DNA of 64,000 nt from Octopus sinensis (lineage: Eukaryota). Where the stretch lies: positions 85,932,001-85,996,000 of the forward strand of contig NC_043003.1 in assembly GCF_006345805.1 (NCBI RefSeq). Reading direction: 5' to 3'. This document shows, piece by piece, positions 54,450-64,000 of the stretch (the stretch's first letter is position 1; each line of letters begins with the position of its first letter). The notes beneath the pieces are model-generated. The model did no database searches, was not told where the DNA came from, and was given only the letters and a program-made list of their open reading frames with translations. A program made the translations under genes and the position numbers.

Positions 54450-55135
54450 GTCAGCAATAGTATTAATTATTCTACGTATTGTTTTTCTATCATTTTTGTA
54501 GTCCTTGTAGGAGACAAGAGTTTTTGCCAGCTTTCTGTTTTATAATAGTTATTAGGGTATCGTTTCTGCAGTCTTTGATTTATGAGACGTTTTCTTTTTA
54601 TGGTATTGTTTGTTTTGTGGAGCATAGTTGTTTTTGGTGTGTCTAAATTATTTGATTGAATGTGTGTACTGCAGAGTCTATATTGGAGATTATAGTGTTG
54701 TTGGAGAATGAAAATCTTAATTGTATTTCTCTACTGAATTCGTTCCGTTGTCCTGTTTTGAATTTATAAAGATAACGCTTTAGTTTTATTTACTGAAGCA
54801 TGAATATGTTATGATTATCATTACTTGGAGATTGGAGGAAAGATAGGGAATTATTTGTCAGGTAGCCGTATTGGCAAGATGTTTGAGACGGAAGGAAACG
54901 TCTGGGAAAGAGTTGTACCTGTTGGCATGAAGTTTGTGTATATGAGTGTAGCTTGTGTAGGATGTAAACTGTCATGTTGTTGCGTTACTCCGTTTATCAT
55001 CTGTAACATCTGAAAACGAAGAGGTGTTGATTGAGAGCATTAATGTCTCCCTCAACGATAGTGTTTACTGTAAGAGTATCAAAGGGTTATAGTTGGCGTG
55101 TGGAACCTTGTAGGACGGCCGGTAAGATCAATGGT
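54450..55135 (-). mobile_element. Degenerate LINE ORF2 AP-endonuclease/linker fragment
   Basis: TIVEGDINA (GDFNA-like); NIDSAVHTFNQII. Confidence 0.4.
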
Positions 55136-55167
55136 GTTTTATATATATATATATATTATATATATAT

Positions 55168-55200
<33 letters not shown>

Positions 55201-55276
55201 ATGTGTGTGTATGTGTGTGTGTGGTTGTGTGCATGTGTGTATGTATATATATATATATGTATGTTTGTATATATAT

Positions 55277-55321
<45 letters not shown>

Positions 55322-55340
55322 ATGTATGTATGTATGTATG

Positions 55341-55372
<32 letters not shown>

Positions 55373-56542
55373 GTATATACACACTCTTGTGTGTGTTTAT
55401 TATTTTCATATGTTATGTAATATTCTTATTTTGAAAATTTGTAATGCTATTTTATTATTTATCATTCGTTGACGAGTGTCATTTGTGATAGATATATACT
55501 GAATGCCTATTTGGACATCTCAAATCCACCCGCCTACGTTACGCTACGGTCTCAGTTTGCAAGAAATTGCACCTAAATAATATTCCTGAACACTAAACTG
55601 CTGATTTAATAATGGTTAACCGTACAAGATAAAATAGTTCACAAGAAGTGTATACATGTAATTTTGGGAATTTTCGTATCCATGACGTTTTATGCCATTA
55701 TTTCTCTTTGAATCAAGTTTTTGTTAGTTGCGATAATATCAATACAGCAGTTACATGAAATAAGGCATTATCAGCAGCGGTGTATTTTAAATAAAACTTG
55801 TACCTCCATAGTACTCAATGTTGAAACCAGTATTTAAGAGACTTTTCTAGGATTCCTATTACAATAAGAATCATTCTATACTATGCAGACAGTTCCAAAT
55901 AGCTTATGCAGATGTGCGAATTTACTAAAAAGCAGTAGCAGAAGAAAAAAAAGTCGATGCTGTTGTAAGAACAATTTGAAACGTCCAGAAACTTCTCCAA
56001 GACAAACAATTCTTACTAGAAAGAGATTTCACAAGAGAGTAATTTTTGACGTCATGCGTAGTACTACGCAAGCAACCGGAGATAACTGGGCTTAAAATGA
56101 CGAGTGTCATAATTTTAAATGTTGGACCTACATGACTGGAGACTTATATAAATGTATTTTAACATTGAAATGAAAGGTTTAATAATTTTAAAGGTAGGGC
56201 TTGAACTTCTAAAGAGTTACTCAATGTGTCAATATTAAAATGACGTGAGTCATTTTGAATATAGAATCTGATATTCTAGACAGTTACTGAATATATACAT
56301 TGATTACCAAATAAAATCCAGTAATAAACGCATGAAATGTATTTTTCAAGTTTCAGATGTTATTGATTTTTATGAATTTGGTAAACGTGCTTATTGTTAT
56401 ACCGAGCTTCAGTAATGTGTTCTTATTCTCCTTCCAGAGTTGATTGAGATAATTCGTGTCATAACGTAAAGAAATCTATGAAAATACTTAACGCCGTAGA
56501 CGAAGGACTACATGCTATTTCTTTTTAGTAAATACACATATC

Positions 56543-56589
<47 letters not shown>

Positions 56590-58147
56590 TATATATATGT
56601 ATGTTTGTATGTATGTGTGTATGAATCAAATAAATGTACATCTGCATATATATATATGAATAAAATAAATATATATGAATCAAATAAGACTTGTGGATTT
56701 AAAAATCATTGCAAACATCGGTAAGATAGTGTGTCTCCTTGAAATGGTAGATGTTCATATGTGAGATAATGAAAATTTATGCAGTATATAGTCTATGTTT
56801 GTAATCGACACTTAGAAGATAGTGATATGTTGATTACATATTGCAAACAAGAACATTTTTACTGATAGAAAAAACAGCAGATTCGAGAGTGCAGGATTTT
56901 TACGGGTATTGTTACTCCAGATATTTCTTTCAGTTCAAATGTTTCATCTGTGGATACTAGAGACGAAAGAGTACAATGAAATGACATTTTGAAAGGAACA
57001 ATATTTGTGACTCGATATCAAGAGAAGATTAAACACAAAATTATCAAAACGCGAAATCAAAATTGATGTTGTTATTAGCATCCACAAATATTAATGGAAT
57101 CTAAAAAACTCGTTCATGTAGTTATTGCTTGTAAGAATCCGACTAGCAACTCTCGCGATGAATTATTCGTAGGAAAGCTGTTTTAAATGAAGTTTTATTT
57201 TGAATTTCTTTCACGTTGTGTTTATATTAATATAATAAAAAAATCTGTATCTGTCACTTTTTCCAAAATGATGTTGTTAATTGCTAAACTTAACCTTTTC
57301 AGATGCAATTCTCTGAATTAAAAGAAAATAAATGCATATTGGAACTAGATTATTAAGTTGATATGAACAGATCAAAGAGATTACTTGAGCCTAAAGAATA
57401 TTTTGGATAGAAATATCTCTGACAATATGTACACTTTAATGAAATTTATCGTTCTTTATAGAATACCGAAAACTTCTAAATAATTTTTTCTTCTTAGCAA
57501 TATTGTAATTATCTGAAAACGGTTTTATGAATTCTGTTTCAGTTTATAACATCAGTACTAGTAGAGTTTTCAATAACAGAGCATAATTTTGCACAAATTC
57601 TTTGAGAATTCAATAAATCAATACAAAGATGAATCATTTGATAGTTAATGAATGCATCCCCAAAGAATGCTTCGAAATTAAAAAGTTTAAATGAAGTGAT
57701 CTAAGCTGCGTGAATAGAAATTGACAGGATGTGTCAATTGGCTGTCTTGAAACGATTGGCACTAGATCACAGTAATATAGGAATTTAATTGTATTGGTTT
57801 GAGAGTTTACCGATAAGTTGGTGAGAGAATCAGTTTTGTACAAAATCGAATATACGAAAATCAGCATTTTAGTTGTGTCACATTGTCTGATTATCAAAAA
57901 TATATTGAAGAAATATAAAAAACCATTAATGAAAAACACTGATAAAGCTGACTATCTGAATCAGAAAGAGTCCAGAACCAGGACAGCCTGTTATAAGTAT
58001 GAAAAGTGTGATTAGGAGAAAAATAATTGAAGATTATTAGGTACTTTATATTCTATTTATGACAGGACGAAATATCAAGGGCTGAGCACGTAAATGTTGA
58101 ATTTAGGAAACGCGTACACACACACGCACGCACACATATACTCGCGC

Positions 58148-58220
58148 GCACACACACGTGCGCGTACACACACGTGCGCGTACACACACGTGCGCGTACA
58201 CACACGTGCGCGTACACACA
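58148..58220. repeat. 16-bp minisatellite (cacacacgtgcgcgta) x ~4
   Basis: Visible tandem; alternating purine-pyrimidine. Confidence 0.85.
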
Positions 58221-58573
58221 GAGTAACAGAGTTACATACATACACGGATACACGCAAACCCTAATACGGGATCAATTTCTACCGAAATTGAAATAGTGGA
58301 TCAGACACCGAGTATGTTCCGTCACCTTAAAGTGCATGTACATTAGGTGTATTTAACTAAGAGATATAAAAATAACAAAGGAAGAAATGCCAAGCTTAAT
58401 TGATATGAACAAAATTAAAAGAAAAACAGTAAGCAAAAAGACACTACAAATGGAAGGCTTAAAAAAGTCAATGCATCACGATTTAAAGGGAAGGAAGATC
58501 AAACGTTTGCAGAATTCATTCGTTTCGAAATAATTGGAAAAAAAGTGGTACACATACATACACACATATACAC

Positions 58574-58644
<71 letters not shown>

Positions 58645-58849
58645 ACACAGACACACATATATGTGACCCGATAACATTGGTTATATACAGTATTCAGAAA
58701 TTCTCTTGCAATCTCCATTTCCCCTTTCTAGATTTTTATGAGGGTTTCCTCCACTAAATATCAAATATATAAACGAGATTCTTAAGCGAATTTAACACAG
58801 ATGTTGTTGAAACACTGATAGCCACATTGTAATATTACGAATGAGAGTT

Positions 58850-61060
58850 ACGCATCTCTGAAGACTTGACAATGCAATTTGATTATGTAATTTACGTTAT
58901 ATAACAAATAATTTTTTTATATAAACGAAATATGCGTATGATGATGCAAATATATATTTTATAAGAAAATGTTCCGTTCTACTTATCGCTTTCTCTCTCT
59001 CTATCGTTTTCTTTTCTCTTTACAATGCCGAAACATAGCTCTACCACAAACACTTAAGATATAGAAAATGCTATTATGATATTAAATTCACTAGATTGAC
59101 AAATACATGGGGAGAAAGACAAGGGAAAAACAGACAATAACAGTCATAATATAAATAGACATCATGGAAGCTTAAGGAATCTACTGGTAACGACCAACAA
59201 TGACAAACATCCCGAATGGCTTAAGAAGCAAAAAAGAGAATGGGAACAAGACAAACATTATATGCAACGTAATATAAACAGAGAACATGAAATATTCTCT
59301 CATCTACGAAGAAACAGCAAGAATCCCAGAAACATGAAATTGGGACACAATATTAGAACTCCTTTATTAAGGATTCGATCAAAAAAAAATCAAACACACC
59401 CACAGAATATATAAACCCTAAGATTATAAATTTATCGAAAAGAAACCTAAACAGAAATGAAATGGATCTTTTATGGAAAGGTTTCAAATTTACCCCTTCT
59501 AAAACTCTTAGAACAAAAAGCAGATATTTAACATTTTAGTCGCTACCTTCACCTTACAGAATTCTTCGGCAATAAGAATATAAACAATGAGTCAGCTGCC
59601 AAAAATAATTCTTTCATTTTTTACAAACATTTTACATATAACAACACAATTTCCAAATTTCCTCTCAGTGAAATGCAAACAAAACCTTCGTAGAGAAGAA
59701 AAGGAAGCCTTACTGACAGAAAAAAACCCCAACAAAACAATAATGAGTAAAATCAGAATATTATTTTCTACACTAGGCACAAGGCCCGAAATTCTGGGCC
59801 TTAGATCGACTGCAGTACGCAACTGGTATTTAATTTATCGATCCCGAAAAGATGAAAGGCAAAATCGACCTCGGCGGATTTTGAACTCAGAACGTAAAGA
59901 CAGACGCAATACCAATTTCTTTACTACCCACAAGGGGCTAAATACAGAGGGGACAAACAAGGAGAGACAAGCGGATTAAGTCGATTGCATTGACCCCAGT
60001 GCGTAACTGCTACTTAATTTATCGACCCCGAAAGGATGAAAGGCAAAGTCGACCTCGGCGGAATTTGAACTTAGAACGTAACGGCAGACGAAATACGGCT
60101 AACGTTTCTGCCAGCTCGCCGCCTTAGTAAAGTCAGAATGTAAATTAACCAATGCCCAGACTCCTTCACAGACAAAGAAATAGATAACTAACGTAACTCT
60201 GACATTAAAGAGAGCAATTTCTACTGATAACCCAAAATCCATAAAAGCTCGGAAATACAGAGAGCCAAAAGTGAACAGAAGAACCAGCATTCAGAAAATC
60301 CCGAGATCTGCAGATCACAATCTGAGACCAATAGTCGCTGGGTTACAAATCCCAAACACGACGACTAAGTCAGCGTTTAGATATACTCCTTAAACCACTA
60401 TTCCCATTAATACTCAGTTATATATGAGACGATATGGATTGTCTCAAATACATTGCACCCATTCTCCTAGAATGGAATATCTTTACAAGCTTCGATATTA
60501 GTAATCTTTATACTAATATACCTCACAGTATGGGCCTGGAAGCAACTAAACACTGGCTAGAAAAAACATAGAAGGTAAAGTTTGCTAAAAAGTTTTCTCA
60601 AAAACGTGATAATGGAATCCGTTTTGAAACGTTCGTTTCAAAACGGACTCCATTACCAAGACCGCACGCTGAGTACTAGAGGAAAACACCCTTAACTTTC
60701 GTTTTTGGATTTGGTTTGTAAGACTCTTTATATGAGTTCGTGTATTGAAGCATATTCTGTTGTGTCTGGGAAGAGTCATTTTCTTTTTGTGCCTTATAAT
60801 GTAACCAACAATTCCTTTGCCTACATCCAAGAATCCACAGATAACACATCAGACAAAATGAAATTACGCAAGATTCCGTTGAGTAAGCATCTGGAAATAC
60901 GTGAAAAAACCAGATTCAAGATCTTTCCCTTCTACAAATGCCTAAGGGAGGACTAACTCATCTAACAAATTCACGATAGGAACCAGTCTTAATAACCTCC
61001 CGTTTCTAAGCATTCACGTAAAGATACGAGACTCCACATAAATAAAGGATATATTTTATA
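58850..61060 (+). mobile_element. Degenerate Penelope-like element (5' HHR remnant, N-terminus, RT), interrupted by a SINE dimer at 59763-60126 (-)
   Basis: IINLSKRNLNRNEMDLLWKGFKFTP; NLRREEKEAL; PKIHKS; LRPIVAG; TSFDISNLYTNIPHSMGLEA; NLPFL. Confidence 0.8.
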
Positions 61061-61475
61061 TTTTACAAAACAAAAAAAATAATAATAAATAAACAGACAC
61101 ACATGTCTAAGGGAGGACCCAAAATCCCGGAAAGTAATAGAACTCACTACATTTTATCAAAAAAGTTCTTACCTAAACTGAATATTTAAAGAAAGAAAAA
61201 AATTATTTATGTACACATGAGAAATCCTTATTAAAATGTTTTCATTACCGTTACTAAAATAACTGGAAAAATTCACTTAAGCACCAACACATACTACACA
61301 CACACACCCTCATAAACACACCTGCTCAAACGCCCATACGCATCTAATTATCTTCCAGAACAATTTTGACAAAGTCTATTTTCAACAGCTGGATAACACG
61401 CAAAAGAAAACAATAACTAAAAGAAAATTGACCTTTGGAATTGTCATTAATTTCAACCAGTTCAGAAAAAGATAC

Positions 61476-61522
<47 letters not shown>

Positions 61523-61856
61523 TCCCTAGCCAAACCTCGCATACATTCACAGCATTCTAATATACATATATACATATACACACATATATACACGCAAATA
61601 CACACATACACGCATATATATGTACATATGAATTAAGTACCAGTTACACACTGGGGTCGATATAATCGACTTAATCCGTTTGTCTGTCCTTGTTTGTCCC
61701 GTCTGTGTTTAGCCCCTTGTGGGTAGTAAAGAAATATATATATGTACATATAGATTGAAAATAGCAAAGAACATTATCTTTCCAATTCAACTTTTTTCAA
61801 CTAATATATATATATCAAAGGCATATTCCCTGCTGATTCTCTTACCTCAGTTTTCT

Positions 61857-61898
<42 letters not shown>

Positions 61899-61909
<11 letters not shown>

Positions 61910-62834
61910 AAAAAATGAAGTTCGAAAATGCTGCTATATTATACAATTTTTAATTTTTATATATACATTATAACATGTTTCAGTTCCTGAAATGAACCTT
62001 ATCAAAAAAAGTTATATATAAAAAAAGACAGCTCATGCCGTCAAACACAAGAAATTCATTTACAATACACAACGGAGTCAGACATCTTAAAGTTCATATA
62101 TAGTTTGAAGTAAGTTCATTCATGCTATATGTTCAAAGTGTTCGATGCAGTGGCCCACGGTGGCGATACGTATTCAATATAAAAAACAGATCAAAGTGGT
62201 GGAAAGCAGTCAATACAGAAGATTGATGTTCCCGAAAGAGCGTGGAATTCATTTTTACCTTGAGCAATTGTGATGACCCATGGTGAGTGTTCGCTGGGTG
62301 ATTCTGGTGAGTCTTGTGAATTGTTCGGGTTAACGAAACGATTGGTTAAAACGTTGATGACGTCACGCTACGCTGGACTGACCACCTAACAGGCATTATA
62401 AAACCCGAACAATTCACAAGACTCACCAGAATCACCCAGCGAACACCCACCATGGGTCATCACAATTGCTCAAGGTAAAAATGAATTCCTCGCTCTTTCG
62501 GGAACATCAATCTTCTGTATTGACTGCTTTCCACCACTTTGATCTGTTTTTTATATTGAATACGTATCGCCACCGTGGGCCACTGCATCGAACACTTTGA
62601 ACATATAGCATGAATGAACTTACTTCAAACTATATATGAACTTTAAGATGTCTGACTCCGTTGTGTATTGTAAATGAATTTCTTGTGTTTGACGGCATGA
62701 GCTGTCTTTTTTTATATATAACTTTTTTTGATAAGGTTCATTTCACGAACTGAAACATGTTATAATGTATATATAAAAATTAAAAATTGTATAATATAGC
62801 AGCATTTTCGAACTTCATTTTTTACAAATATATA
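61899..62834. repeat. ~430-bp near-perfect inverted repeat with 70-bp spacer; probable inverted PLE pLTR pair in (TA)n
   Basis: 61899-62331 vs 62402-62834, about 3 mismatches seen; HHR remnant TTGATAA-ggttc..gaact-GAAA-catgt at 62728-62761. Confidence 0.9.
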
Positions 62835-62860
62835 CCTACTCGTATACGAGCTAATCCTAT

Positions 62861-62906
<46 letters not shown>

Positions 62907-64000
62907 AAGTAGATATGAATTAGGGTAACAGGTCCATTATGCGTTGCATTAGATACATATATACATACCTACATACACACATACACATAAATGATTATAT
63001 TACGCAGACCAAGCCCGGATTACAAAGTTACTGGGCTACATAATAAATTATTAGTAATTAATTAAAGTATTTCAACTTTTATTTAATGAAGTTTATCAGG
63101 CTCTTTTGAATAAAAATACGTCAAACAATCAGCATTATTGTATCATTGTTGTGTTAGCCCTGGGTCAGCTTCGACTAATGAAGCTTACTATGAAAAGCCA
63201 CTAGGTATTTTTTCATATATCAAAAAATAGAAAGTTTCCAATATTCATCGCCTATAAAGTGCTGCATTCATAATCTTTCCTTCTTTTCTCACTTTCAGAT
63301 GAATGGAAATATCCGAAAATTCGAAACTTTTGACTCTACACTGCCCACATCAAATAAATATACCGAATATTTCTATTTACCAAGTGTTGCAGACGCAGGT
63401 TATAATCATCTTATCCATTTAGTTATCAATTACTATATTTTCCAATGTTTTCCTTCCTGTATTTTTAAGATAGTATGATGGGGCTACTATTTCTAACAGA
63501 TCCAGTAACTACGTAGATGCATAGACTCTCGTCGGCGCCTTTAATATTTACGCTCGTGAAGTATAAATTAAGATGCTAGTTCCTCGTATGTTAAAACAAC
63601 ACCACTTTTTCAAACACCAAGTGAATGGAATAACAGTGTACCTCTCTTGACATACACGCCATTTTGAAGAGCTATGAAGAAGAAAGTAATATTGCTTTTT
63701 GTTTGTATTTTGGCAATTATATTAGCAAATATAGATCTTATAAGAATCCTATAATAACCCCTATAATAACCCCCAGGATAACGAATATATCCCTAAGGAA
63801 TGAATTACAATTAAAGGTTTTAATGAATATGAGTTTCAAATACGAAATATAAACATCTTTTAAAATAATTATATAAAATACATTTCATTAAGTTGAATGA
63901 GATTTAAAGTCCCAATGCTCATTAATGCATTTAAAAAGCTACAAATCAATGAAATAATTTTTACAAATTCATTAGTAGTCGTCAGGGACTTAGATTACAA

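Noticed and set aside
61168-61265. Candidate additional minus-strand exon (GTAAG donor)
   Set aside because: No LRR-like open frame.

Overview
Very AT-rich, microsatellite-dense eukaryotic DNA. The SINE and Penelope repertoire suggests a cephalopod (octopus-like); this is inferred. Only one convincing host exon was found: 48580-48763 (- strand), encoding the last LRRs and the hinge (LTYSYHCC) of a type-B leucine-rich-repeat GPCR resembling rickets/bursicon receptor and LGR4-6. The rest of the window is therefore probably giant introns. It is filled with tRNA-derived SINEs, decayed LINEs (R4/Dong, CR1, RTE), mariner/Tc1 relics, MITEs, a Helitron and Penelope-like element (PLE) fragments. Most ORF-track entries are microsatellite or SINE artefacts. 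The most striking unexplained signal is a set of apparently unrelated elements embedded in (TA)n/(TAA)n that carry type-I hammerhead ribozymes (HHRs) with palindromic stem III. Two have fully canonical cores (27591-27685 +, 32069-32166 -). Several others sit at the apex of long fold-back hairpins. There are also two ~1 kb near-perfect palindromes (26001-27109, 61899-62834). All calls were made by eye and repeat boundaries are approximate.
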